From Blastocystis sp. Blastoise (Eukaryota > Protista > Bigyra: Opalinata): 64,000 bases of DNA. Location of the stretch: positions 1,674,001 to 1,738,000 of the forward strand of contig JBBPEB010000013.1 of assembly GCA_039096225.1 (NCBI GenBank), in the 5' to 3' direction. The notes under the pieces were generated by a model. It did no database searches and was not told the DNA's origin. It saw nothing but the letters and a program-made list of their open reading frames with translations. The position numbers and the translations under genes are program-made. Numbering within the stretch: the stretch's first letter is position 1; each line of letters opens with the position of its first letter. Shown here one piece after another: positions 26,353 through 41,200 of the stretch.

Positions 26353-26996
26353 TTTTTATAATATAATATATATGTTTTTCTATTTTTATTGTTATCTAAA
26401 AATTATTATGCTTATTTTATACTAAATACATTCATTTTTATTGTTAATTATTTTATTAAGTATTTTTATTGTTCTTTTTAATAAGCTTTAAATAGAAAAG
26501 AATATATTTCCAAAGTCATATTTAATATATAAATAACTTAATAATTTATATATCTGATATTCAATGGCTAAAAATAAAGTATATTCTTTTCACTACCTTC
26601 CCAACATTTTGTGACACTTGTGATGACTTTCTGCGACACTCACAAAAAACACTTTAAGGAAGATTTAATACTGCTTAGTATTAAAAAAATATTTTTTCAC
26701 TATGAAAAAAAGTTAAAGTGGTAGATTTTTCTGTGATAATTGCAGAACCATATAAAAAAGGCCTTTTAGAAAGCAGTGATTAAAAATATTATAATAATGA
26801 GTTTATGATAATCACATAAAATACTTTTTTATATATATAAAATAAATTTTACCTTATTTGTGTTATATTTAGTTACAACATTCTTAAAAAATTAAAAAAA
26901 ACAATTTTATATATATAATTAATAAAAGCATTAAAAATAAAGTAGATAAAAAAAAAAGTAGATTAAAAATATATATCTATATATACAAAAAAAAAA

Positions 26997-28970
26997 TTAG
27001 TTTTCTTTTATGAGTATATAAGCCACTTTATTTTCTTGAATAAATGGCGAATCCTTTAATTGTTGTTTATATATTTCTATTTGCTCATCTGAAAGATTAT
27101 AACCTATATAATATATATTATTAATACAAACAACAATATATATACAGAAATCAAAAATTAATTCTTTCAACTTAGGAATCTTTCCAATAGTAAGAAAATT
27201 GATAAGTTTTGATAATTGTTCTTCATCATAAATATCTATAAAAATGAATATAGTATATTACTATTAAAAAAATATATACATATTTTTAAGCTTCTTATGT
27301 TTTGAGTTTTATTTTCATTTATACAATCAAACAATGTTTCTATTTCATATTCACTTATCACCTTATCTTTAGTACAAATAATTGTATTCATTAATGAATT
27401 ACTATCATATTTACATCGAAAAATTGAAGTATTAGGATTATAAATATAATTAACATCATCAGTCATATCTATAGAAATATAATATAGATGAATATGAATA
27501 GAATCATTCATTTATAGCATACCACTTAATCGGATAATAGTTGATGATGGAAAGTTGTTATCATTAATAGAGTTACAAATTTTTGAATTAAAAGCACTCC
27601 ACCACTCTCTATTTTCACATTTATCTATATATACAGATATTATTTAATGAAAATAATTATTAAAAAATGATACGAATATATATAAATATACATGATTTAT
27701 TATATAAAATATTATTATTATTATTATTAATGAATATACAAATATTGATAAATTTTAATTTAGGGAAATTATCTGTGGTATATAGTTTGCAAAAATTATC
27801 ATCTGGTATATCATCAATTCCTAAATTAATATTTATAAAAATATTAGGATGAAATATATATTTAGTGTATTAAAATAGTATATCTATTTTATATATACTT
27901 AGAATTAATCGAGTTGTATTATGGAAACAACCTTTAGGAATTAATCGATTAATAAAAGCCATAGTACAATAATCTATATTAACACTAGAAGCCTTAAGAA
28001 TTATTTTCTCTACTAAATTTTCATATAGAGTTAAATAATCAAATGATGAATCTTCTTCAATAGACTCTACTATATATATATGCATATTCAAATGTTTTAT
28101 AATATAATATACAATTAATCGTTAATTCTTTAATAGTATTAAATTTATTATCATCAAAGAGAGTTGATATCCATGTTAAATATTCTATACTTATGGCATC
28201 ATCAACTATAGATAGTATACAAAAAAACACTATATTTAATGAAAGAAAATACATGAAATCTCTAATTCATTCAAATGTTCTAATGTATCACTCTTTAAGA
28301 ATCTCTCTAATGAATTTCTTTTATCAACTTCATCATGATCATCATCTATAAATGAATACAATTATTATATATCAACAATAAATCTATTATAAAGATCAAT
28401 AAATACCTATGAATGCAATATCTAGTTTATCAATATTTTGCTTATTATTTTCAAAATAATCTATCATTTCGACACATTTAAAATCAGAAGAATAAACTTT
28501 ATAGAATAGAGTAAATAAAATAATATATGTAAAAAACGAATATTAAATAAATATTTGATACTAGAAAGATTATCAACGGAAATAAAATTTTTAGTTAATA
28601 ATTCTTTTAAATGAGGGAAATAATAAGCCAAATCATCTATATAAAAAGTAAATAAATATAATTAATTATATAATATATATATAATACAAATATCTATATT
28701 AATTATATCAATATAAATTGAATGAGTATATATTAAATCATCGAAAAGAAGAGCTATTTTCTCTTTGTCATTATAATCAATACTGTTAATACGAATTGTA
28801 TCAATCATAGATATTAAATTAGCAGGAAATAGAGACTTAAAATTTTCAGTAGCTATATTTAAATAAATAGTTATTTATTAATAAATTAATATACTTATTA
28901 AAATTTCATAATTGATTATATGTAATTTTGGGAAACATTCTTTATTTATTAAAGATAATTTGAAAGTTTT

Positions 28971-29046
<76 letters not shown>

Positions 29047-30719
29047 TATCATCATATATGAGTTCAGTAACATTTGGAAATACATGAGTTGTCATTATTT
29101 TGTAAAATAGATTATAATCAATTTCATTAGTCAATTCTCTAACTATATAGAATTATTATAATAGAAACAATATTAATAATAACTAGAAAATAATACTCCA
29201 ATTAACATTTAATGTAGTTAAAGAATCGAAAACATCTTCTTCAAATGCATTAATAATAATTATAGATTCATATTTTGAGTCAATATCTAAAATAGAATAC
29301 TAAGTATATTATTATATTTATTTACATGAATCAAATGCAATCTTTGAAAATGAAAAAAGTAAAGGAACACGTAATAATTGAGATATACCCAATTTCGAAA
29401 ATATTTTATGTATACTATTTGATATATATATATTTAAATAAATTCATATATAAAATAATAATTATACCAAAATGTCTTATTATTTGTTTTTTCTATGTAA
29501 TAATATAAATATAAATGAATTTATTGTATATATATATACCATCATATTCAATACTGACTTGATCTTTTAATATATATTCACCTGCAGTTTCATTAATTTC
29601 TAACTTTGAATTATCATTTGAGTATATAGCTTCATTAATCAAATATCCATATAATTTAGGTAATTTACTCTTTTGTCTTTTTCCATTATAAGCATTAATA
29701 GAATTATGTGAATAATGTGAATTATTAAGATTTAAAGAAGATATCTTATTATACTCTTTCATATCGGATTCACTGAAATATTCATATTTTTCTGAATCAT
29801 CTATTTTATAATCATTTTCATTAAATAAACGAATATATTCCATTATATATTCATCACTATTTGGATTTAATAATAATTCACTTTTCTTATAATGCGTAAT
29901 TACTATATATTATATATTATATAAATTATTTAATTTATACCTGTAATTATTATTTTTTCCAATGAAGGGAATATATCTTTAATACATTTTGGACATATAT
30001 ATTCTAATGGAATATTTAAAGCATAATCATCTATATATATATATTATTATTATTGTTATTTATATAATAATATAATATATATATATATATACATTCAATC
30101 TCCACTCTAGTAATATTCATCATTTTAAAAAGAAGCGAATAATACAATAATTCATCTCTTCTTTTTGGTGTAAATAATCCTATATATATTATACTATTTA
30201 TAAACAATAATATACTAATACCTTTTATACACATTTTTTTTCTATTCGAATTAAATAATTCCATAGATATATATGATTGAGAATCTTTAATATAATAACC
30301 ATATATATCTAAACTACTTTTTTTCAAGTATTCAATAAATAACTCTTTAACATGAAATAACAAATCACTTTGAATTTCATTATCAATCGTAACTGGGTAA
30401 TCAACAAATGTTTTATATATATCATAACTATCTCGCAGATTTAAAGAAGAAATATCCATGGTATCGCCCATCAAAAAAGAAATCACTTTATTCATAGGAG
30501 AAGAAGGCATATCTATGTAATAACTACCATCCTCATATTTCTTAGAGTGTTCAATGATATCATAAAAGGGTAATTGCTGATATTTCTCAATAAATTCTTT
30601 AGAAATCCATAATTTCGTCTCATCTTGAAATGTAAATAAATCTAGAAAAGCAAATAAATATTTCTTAGTGATATTTAAATACATTTATTATCAGTTAAAT
30701 GAAAATTGGTGTCTGACAT
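26997..30719 (-). CDS. BTB/POZ + LRR-like repeat protein, subfamily B, copy 2
   Basis: ATG at 30719 (MSDTNFHLTDNK), a 41-nt intron at 30642-30682, collinear with 6678-10586. Ends ...QENKVAYILIKEN* (TAA 26997-26999). Confidence 0.75.
28973..29046 (-). repeat. Intron consisting solely of GT(AT)35AG
   Basis: Removing it joins IYDD to KKTFKLSLINKECFPKL, which matches the paralogue's LFKLSLIKKECFPKL. Confidence 0.8.
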
Positions 30720-32261
30720 GACTCAATTTTAACTAAAATGATAAAATAATAATATACTCTTATGCTTAAAAGATACCTTTTATATGAATAATTAATAAAT
30801 ACTTAAAAATATGTTGTAATTAGCAACATATATGATGATTCATTGAGATAAGCAAAGAATAAAACTTGCAACTTTTTTTGAATATTTTTTGTGAAAATAA
30901 ACAAAAATTGAAGTACTTTCTTATAAATATCCATGATTCTTTTTCAGTCATTTTCAGGTCTTTTTCTATAATTTTTTTCTTAGAAACAACTCATTATTCA
31001 TTATTTACGTCATATTATTAATTATTTAAAAAAATAAAAATTCAGTATATGTTCATACTCAAATCTTGAATGCATATTTATGTAATACTATCAAAAAGAG
31101 TTCTAATTATATTCATTAAATTATCAAAATAGAGTGAATTCTTATCGGCGATATCAAAACAATATGGTTAGATATAGCAAATATCAAATAACTAAAAATT
31201 ATTTATTTTATAATTCAAATTGAGATAGATGATCATACTTACATCATTATCTATTCATTTGAATGTCTTTAAAAATCAAATTGTGAATTTATGTCTATGC
31301 AAAATATATTATTAGATCTGAATTCTTCTATTCTAAAATGAAATCACATAAAAATAATATACTTTCTTCAATAAACTTCTTATGATGTTCGAAATTATCC
31401 CTACTTATGTCTATCAAAGTTACAATCATTTTAAAGCATTATCTAAGCATAAATCATTTTATATTAATCGAACTATATGAGAAATAATATCTTTTATTTA
31501 TACTTTTATTAAATAAAATATCATTAAATGTACTTATTATATATTTAAATATAAATAACATGAAAAAATGAACCTACTATATTCTTTATATTTTATTTTT
31601 ATTAAATTTTGTCAATAACAATTCATATTAAAGTATTCTTAATATTTTACTATATTTTTATTGTTTCCATTTCTTATATATATATATCCATCAAATCTAT
31701 TGACTATTCTATGATTATCAACATAAATAATAAATAAAGCTATATTCTTCATATTATCATAATAAAAATGATACTCTTAACTAGTTGAACTATCACTAAA
31801 TAATTTATTAAGTATTATTCTATTTATAATATAATCATATATTCATTAGTTTTACTAGTTGTATATATATATTCCATTCCCATATTATTTAATAATATTT
31901 TCCTTGATAAATATCATAATGATCTATATATAATAAAAAACTATTTTTTTGACATTAAAAAGTCTCTCATAGTATTTATATATATATATTATACATAATC
32001 CTAAGTTTCATTATAATAGGTTTTGAATAAACAAGAGAAGCTTTACATAAAAATGTTCTAAAAATATTTTACACTCAATATTATCAATGATTAACTTTTT
32101 AAAAACAAAACTCACGCATAATATTATTAAATAAATAAATGCAGAAATAAATACTAATACAATAATTATATAATAAAAATATATATAGATAATCAAAAAT
32201 ATATAAACACATAAAAATTTAAAACAAAAAATAAACAATTAAAATTTAATAAACATAAGAA

Positions 32262-35200
32262 TTACACAGATTTTAATACTTGAGTATACTCATTAATAAG
32301 AATATCATCAAACATATCTTCCATTTTTTGTCGAGTAGCACTACTAGTACCATTACTTTGAGAATCTACTAAAAAGTCTTCATCAAATATATAATTATTA
32401 CCTTCAACTCTTCTACCATCAAAAACATTATTATCAATTTCTTCTCTTAATTTATTTGCACTTAATAATATTTTATTACTTTTAATAGGCATAAAATGTA
32501 CTTTAACATTACGTTTAACAATAATATCACATATTTTATGATATTGTTTATTCAAATCAATTCCTCTATATGGATATACTAATCTACAATCTTTTACTAA
32601 ATTATGCATAGGATCTCCACCACATAATAATAATATATGAGTACAACCAGGTAATTTTTCAATTTCTTTTAATGCTTCTATTAAACCACCATTCACATCT
32701 TTGCAATTTGAACAACAACCTTCACAGAAACCACCACCTGTTTTTGTTTCACTACTTAAAAAGTCATCAGAGAAATCATTTGGTTTACTCATTCCACTTG
32801 AAACAATACGTACGTAATCACCATAATTACTATATTGAACAACTTGATAACGAATAGAAGCATTATTCTTTCCTAAAATTTCATTACGTCTTTTATCTAA
32901 TTTCTTTAATACATTGCCAAAGAATTGTTTTGTACTATCATAATACTGATGTTGATTACCAGATGTGCATATAACAATAGATACAACTAAATTTGTAGGT
33001 GATTTTATATCTCTTTTTTCACATTCTTCTGTCTTTATATTTTGATCTGTAAAAGAAGACATATCTACTTTATTATAATAATCAGGTATTTGTTCATTAC
33101 TAAGATCAGCTGCATGAGATTCATTACTTTCATTCAAATAATCATCAAAATTAAGTGACCAAATAACTGCATTACTTATCCAACGAGCAGTACCATCACT
33201 TGACCAATCACTATATAACTTACTAGCTGCTGTATCTATTACGATTCTACCATAATTCTGATATGCATCTTTTATCATTACAGCAGCATGACCATTTTGT
33301 TCTCTTGCAAATGTTTTAAAACCACAATTTACTAATTCATCTTCATTAATATTTGCTAATGTTACACCTTCAAATATTTTATTTAAACCATAATTTATAG
33401 GTAATCTACATTCTTTATTAAATAAACTTCTACCAATAGGAACAAATTGACCATAACCTGGATCTTTATCATCATCTACTTCATCTATCTTCTTCTCATA
33501 AATCCAACCACGTCCATCGATCTTCTCTTCAGTATCACATAATTCACTTATATGATAAGGACCATCTTCATAATTAAAGAATTTACAAGCTTCAAAATCT
33601 AATGGAGAATTCTCTAACATAAACATAATACCACCACGATGAGCATGGAATATATGTAAACATTTTATAAAACTATTCAAATAATTAAAATCACCTTGAT
33701 GTTCTGGATCTCCTAAAACACCATCACCAGGACTACATGTAATAACTACACTTCTATATTTACCTGATCTTAATCGATCCATAGCATCAAAATAATCATA
33801 TACTATATCTATTTTAAATCCTTTAACTTTTAATTTAGCTACAGGTCCTTTCTTTAAATTATCAACAGTAACATCAGGATCAACTTGATTTCCTTCTTCA
33901 TCTATATTATTAGGTCTAGCAGTATATAAAACAACAAATAATACATTAAATTGATCAAAAGCACCATCTCTACCTAAATCATCACTTGAATTATCACCAT
34001 TTTCATCATCATCTACTCCATCACCATTATTATTCTTCTTATTAGAATTCATATTTAAAAACTTAGCACGTCGTTGATATTCACCAAATTCATCAATAAC
34101 CTTCTTTATATCTGCTGGATGGAAAACATCATTGAATTTATTATTTAATAAATTTTCATAATATATAGTATCACACATATAATTACATATAGTATTAGGA
34201 TTAGTAGTAGGTGTATGCATATTCTCTAAAGCAGTAGGAAGTTGATGTATATCACTACACCATATAAAAGAAGGGAAAATATTCTCATAGTCTACTATAC
34301 TATATCCAATACCTATTCCTATAAAAGAAGTTTCACTACTTATAATTACATTCTTAATTTCTTTACGAGCTATTTCACAAGAAATACCATCAGTAAATAC
34401 AAATTCCATACTTGAATAAGGACGACTATTACATACAGAAGTAGCTTGCTTTATTACTTGATCTATACATGTAGAAGGAGTAGGAGAAGAGAAATGTTGG
34501 AATAAAGAAGAAAGAATTGTATATGTCCAAATTTCATAAGATTGTAAACCTGTTCCAATACAATAACATTTATCTTTTGCTATCCATATATCCACAGCTG
34601 ATACAGATAATTCACTTAAACATCTTATAAATAATAATATAGTATGAATTGAATGACGAATATTTAATATATTAAAAGAAGAACATTTACAATCTATTAT
34701 TATACTAATAGAATAAGCACGAATCTTACCTCCTGACTTCTTCTTAAATAATTTACCATTACCTGTTTTAGTAATTAAGAAATTAATATAATTTCTTAAA
34801 TGAATTGATGTACCTGTAACAGAAGCAATCCAACAAGTAGCCTTATTTGGAGGAAGAACACAATTATTCATAGAATCATATAGTAATTCTTTACTAATAA
34901 TACTACTCACTTGATTTAATACTAATGTATTTCCTCCATTAGGAACATGTTCTAAATCTGTTTGAGCAACAGAAGGAAGAATAATAGTTTCTCCTGTTTT
35001 TTGGAATAAACTAACTACATAAGGCATATCATAACATTTGTCAAGTTCTGATAAATGAGATATCTTATCATCCTTTATATCTTGTAGAGGAATAGATAAT
35101 ATAGATAATAAATCGATTTCTTTAGAATTCACACTATTTTGACTTGGATATACTACTTCTAATATATCTTTATTTGATTCAAGTAATTCAGATGAATAAA

Positions 35201-38200
35201 ACATATTTAACAATGAATCAGAAAGTGGTTGAGAACGTAAAGAAGCTATGTTTGATACATTCATCATATTCTCTTTAAAATTGTTCTTTAATTGATCATT
35301 CATTTCATTCAAAAGTACTTCAGGAAGTCTTTCATCTTGTATTAAACCATCAGATTGTATATGGAATAAAAATAAATGTTGAAGATGATTTGTAATGAAA
35401 CTAGTAATTTCAGGTAAATCACTTAATAATTGTTCAGAATAACCATCAGATAATATAAAGAATGATTGACTTAGAAGATCTTCGGATGGCTGACTAAAAG
35501 CAAATAAATCTAATGGTGTTGAAGGAATCTTTTCTACTTTTTCTAAATCATAAATAATAGAAATCTTTTCATATAAATTATCTTTTGTTGGTATTAATTT
35601 AAATGCTTGTGAACGACCTCCTGTACAATATAGAGAAGTTGGTATACCTAAACAATCACAAATAAGTAATAATAAACAACCTATTGTACTTCTTAATCTA
35701 GATTTGTTCACTTTATGACTAAAATTCACATCACATATCAAATTCACTCGAGGAATATATTTATTCTCTCTCTTTTCACTCCTACGTATACTATTCACAT
35801 AATATGATAATATACCTTTATAATTAACCAATATAAAATCTATAAGATTTTGATTTCTATTAATAGCTTCTATATTAATTTGTTTCAAACGATCTTCATT
35901 TGATGATGTTATTTTAACTAAATCTAATATATTCTTTCGAGACATTACATCTTTAAATAAATTAGATAAAGACATAGATCTAAACTCTTGTAAAATCTTT
36001 TTAATATCATTTCTTTTAATTTCAAATTGTTTACGATCTTCTTCTTGTTTTTGTTGTTCTTCAGGATTTAAATCAGCATCTATAGAAATCACATGTGTAG
36101 CAGCTGACGCTATATTCTTAGCTTGATGTAAGATATCTTCAATATCATTTGGATTAATATTACCACCACTAATCACAGGATTTGAAGACTTTGGTTGTGA
36201 ATCTGATTTAGAATCTGTTACCTTCTTTTCATATTTAAATTCTTTTGTATATCTATTTAAAATATTCTCTATCGAAGAAGATTCATTCATTTGATAAATA
36301 GAATCTTTACAATTAAACCATACTAATTTATATATATTATAAAATACACATAAACTCTTTTCAGCATAATAATAAATAGTTGAGAAATAATTATCTTTAT
36401 GACTTACTATATACTTTAATAAGGAATAAATCTTATTTATATCATCACTATGAGTAGAGTCAAATAAACAATAAGGAGATTGTTGAATAGCATATACATA
36501 TCGAGCAATATTCTTATCATTGAAATTCTTTAATAATGAACTACAAGTAGATTCTAATTGAATACTTTGGGTTATTCTATTATCTTCTGCTTTTGGTTCT
36601 TCAAATATATTTATAATACCATTAGAATCAATGTAAAACTCATTATATCGACAATTTATATTCATATTATAACGAATTAGATATTTAGTATTAAATACAT
36701 ATCTATTCTCTTTATTTCCTGAACGATAATAAAAAGTCTTACCATTCATAATAAACGATATACTTGAACCAGCTACATTAAAGAACTTTGATCCATCTTT
36801 ATGACATTCACAAGAACAATTCTCTTTTGTATATAAATATGAGATTTGACGTTCTACTGGAGCAATACACTTAATGACTGTGTCTTTATGTTGTTTGCTT
36901 CCATTTTTTTGATCTATATATTGAACACGTAAGACTAATGTGAACTCAAGTTTATCTTTTTTATCTATATCATATTCATCAGAAAATTGTATTTTTATTC
37001 CAGAAGAAACATTTTCAATAAGAATAGAACTATCATTACATTTACATATATATTCATATTTCATAGGATTTAGTATAGGTATTAATAATGTTGGTTTATT
37101 ATATGAATAAATATAAGTAGGTAAATGTAAAACATTATTATTATTCTCACTAGCTACAATTATTTGAGGAATAGATCTTAAAGATATTATATTAATACAA
37201 TTCTCAAATTTTGGACTCTTTGTATATTTTAAGTAATTCTCAGATCCTTCATCAATATTATATCGATCTACAAATACACGAGAACTTAATAAATGCTTAT
37301 TTGTAGCATTAATAGTTTCTTCTATTGTTTTAAGTTCTTTTTCCATTCCAAGCTTAGTTTTATATTTCGCATCATATTCCTTTACAATATTATTAATACG
37401 AATACTTATGTCTCGAAGATTCCTTACATACCTATCATTATTACTTAAATTAGGTACAGTATATGTATTTAATATATTTATTTCATCTGCATCTGTATAA
37501 TATAAATCTTCTTTATTATAATGTCTACCTTTATCAGAATTCAAATAAGAATAATCATTAGCTTGAGGTTCAGGATCCATAGAATAACAAGGTATTTCTA
37601 CAGATTTACAATCAGATCTAAAGTAAAAAGGTAATGTACAACAAGAAGAAGTAAAAGAAATATCATAACGATCATTAATATCATTAGTTGTATCATATTT
37701 ATAAAGCAGAATAGTATTTTCTTTTCGTTCACTAAAATCAGAATAAGATTGTTCACGATAAAATAATGTTTTTTCAATAACAGAAAATTGTTCAATTCTA
37801 AATGATCTAGAAATATTATATAATACATGGCTTTCTTTCATTATATTACATAAAGAATCTAAGAGATAATTACATAATAATAATTGTTCATCTTCAAAAG
37901 AATCATGTCTAAATAAGTCAGGAAGACTAACATAACGATATTCAATAGTTATATCATTCTCAATTCTATTTCTATTAATAATAACATCATACGTAGAAAA
38001 AGGAAGAGGAATAAATGAAGAATACATAGTCTTCTTTGATGATGGTTTTGATTCAATTTTAAGTGAATGAGGTTTAAAAGTAATTGGTGCAGGTTTTCCT
38101 TGATTATTGACTAATTGGAACTCAATAGGAATATCTCTACAAGTAGAAGGATATGTAATAAAAGCTACTTTAATAAATTGATTAGAAATAGGCTTTTCCT

Positions 38201-41200
38201 TTAAGAAATAACGAGATGAACGACTATCAATTAATTCTTGAGCTTTTTCTTGTAATTCTTTTGGTATGAAATAACGTATAGTATTAATAGAATTAATAAA
38301 TGCATTCCAACTATAATGATATAATTGTGTTACATACCATGATCGCATACTCTGTTTCTTCAAAATAAATTCTTTATTAATATCATAATTCTTATTAATT
38401 TCTATTAAAACTAAAGGAATATTACTATTAAATTGATTTACATTTTGATCATATTGAGATTTCAAATCAGCACATTCAACATCTATATTTTGTAATTTTT
38501 TATTTATTTCATTATTATTAGCATATAAAGTATCTAATTTGCCAGTTTTTTGTTCTAATTGTTCTATTTTATTAAATATATCATTAATTGAAGTTTTTCC
38601 TGAATCAGACATACTTTCAATAGCATCTTTAGCAAATTGTGAATAGGAACTACGAACAAGAATTTCAATTAATAATGTAGACACAGGTGTATAGAATGCA
38701 GGGAATAATAATTGATATTTATCACGAATATTTAATTTAGAATCAATAATATATTGATCAAACGGTTCTATCTCTTGATTATCCTTATTCTTTAATATTC
38801 CATAATAAATACATAAATCATTTGATGGAATTATCATATTATGATGATGATGCAAGAATCGAATATAATTAATATTATTAATAGTACATTTATCATTTAT
38901 ATCTAATTCACATTGAATACTATAATCTTTTGGTAATGATTTAATAGAATTAACATAATAACAATTCAATAATTGTTCATTAGGAGGTTCAATGCAACTT
39001 AATAATTCACAAGGATAAGATAATATAAGAACAGGATAATAATCATAAAGTTGAACTTGTATACTCATTGTACTAAATAATGTTTTAAATAGTTCTTCAA
39101 TTGTTGATATATCTGATATTTCTGTATTAGTACTACCATATAAACCATAATGGCAGCAATTCAATAATGCAATGCGTAATTGTTCAACCTTGACTTCTTT
39201 ATGAATATATAAATCCTTTGTATGAATTATTTCTAATAATTGTGGAGATAAAATAATATATTGTGCATAACCACAATATATATTCATAAAGAAATTAATA
39301 ATTATTTTGATATCTTTAATGCAATCAGTAATAAATAATATATTACTAGCCACATCTTGATTATTCATATTTATATAAGGTAATATTTCAGGTGTATTCA
39401 TAAGAATATGAACAGGATTCAATTCTGTTTGTTTTATATCAACCATGAAATGACTTAATCGTATATATTCTTTATAATAAGGCATTTCAATCTTCTTATA
39501 GTCTACATATATATCCATCGATTTATCAGTATTCATTAATAAATCTATCTTCTCTTCTATATTAGGATCATCTTTCGAAATTAATTGTTTAATTGATTCT
39601 TGCATACTTTTTGGTACACTATTAATAACATCATCAAGTAAAGAATCACCTGTATCCATATTTGATTCTCTTATACTACGAATATCTTCAAATTTACTTT
39701 GAGCATTTTTTATTTCTCTATCTAATTCTTCAAATAAAGGCATATATTGTTTTATTCTATTCTGATGACATAAAAGAGAATTAGAAACTTCAATAGAAAT
39801 CTGATATAATTCTTTTGCTTTTGAATTATCTTTAATAACCTCTTGATAATAGCCATCTAATTCTTCACATTTATTCTTTATATCAAATAATTCTTTTAAA
39901 AATAAATCTATATTCTCATCAGCAACTTCTTCAAGCTTTAAATCTAAAGCTTTTAAAACATTATGAAATTCTTTAAAAGATATTCTAGAAAGAAAACTTT
40001 TATAACTATCAGTAACATAAGCAAAATAAAAACGATCAATCTCATTAGATATTTCAAAATATTTAAATGGGTTAGAAGGAGAAGAATATGTATTTATGGT
40101 TTCATCAATAGGTATCGACATAATTGGCTCATAATATTTATCACTAAATTTTGACCACCTTAATAAATATTTATATTCTTTTTCATATTCAGATAATATA
40201 CAAGAAGTCAAACCACGTTTTGCAGATAAATGTTCACATATATAATTAAGTGGATAACATAATATACTACGTATCCATAATCGTAAAGAATTCTTTATTA
40301 TTTGTATATCTTCATTTGAAAAGATTTGAATATTTTGTTTAAGACATTCTACAATTAATGGACCAAATTTCTTTTCATTCTCAGGAGTATATCTATTTTG
40401 AATCATATTAATAAAGTCATTTTTAAATTCATTATCCATTTCTATATTCTTAAGTTGTCTATCTCTTGGATTATATTGTAAAGAATTTGAGAATTCTATT
40501 GCGTTAATAGCTTCAATAGATTCATCTGAATTTAATATACGAATTAATTTTCTTGTTGATAATCCTTTTATTTCACTATTATTATTATTATCTATACTTT
40601 TAGGAATATAATCACCAATTGGTTTATTAGAATTATTGTTTAAATCACATAATTCACATATATTTTTATATGTAGATAATGATTCTGCATATAATAATAT
40701 ACATCTACTTTGAAGAGGTGCAGGTACAGATACAATAGAATTTGATGATAATGTTAATATAATACGGAAATCAGGATGTATAGGTATAATACATTCATTA
40801 TTACTATCAGAATCTTCAGAATCTGATTTAACTTTATATAATAAAGGATTTATTATATTTTCAATAACATTTAATGTAGGTTGTTCTTCTAAAAGTGAAT
40901 TCAAACGTTCTAAAACATCTCCTGAAGCAAATTGAATACCATCAATATTAATCCAATAACCTTTTTCCATAGCTGTTAATAAAGGTCCTTTTCGGAAGAC
41001 TAAAATACTATTCTTATTATTGTTATTTATATTATTAATATCTTCTTCTGGATTACGAGGTTCCATTCTACCAATAAGAACTGATGAATTACTTTCATTA
41101 TTAAGAGGAACAACAAGTAATTGTTTACCCATTATTTTAGCCATATTTGTAAGTACATGTGTTTTTCCTGAAGGAGATGGACCATAAATTAATATACCTC

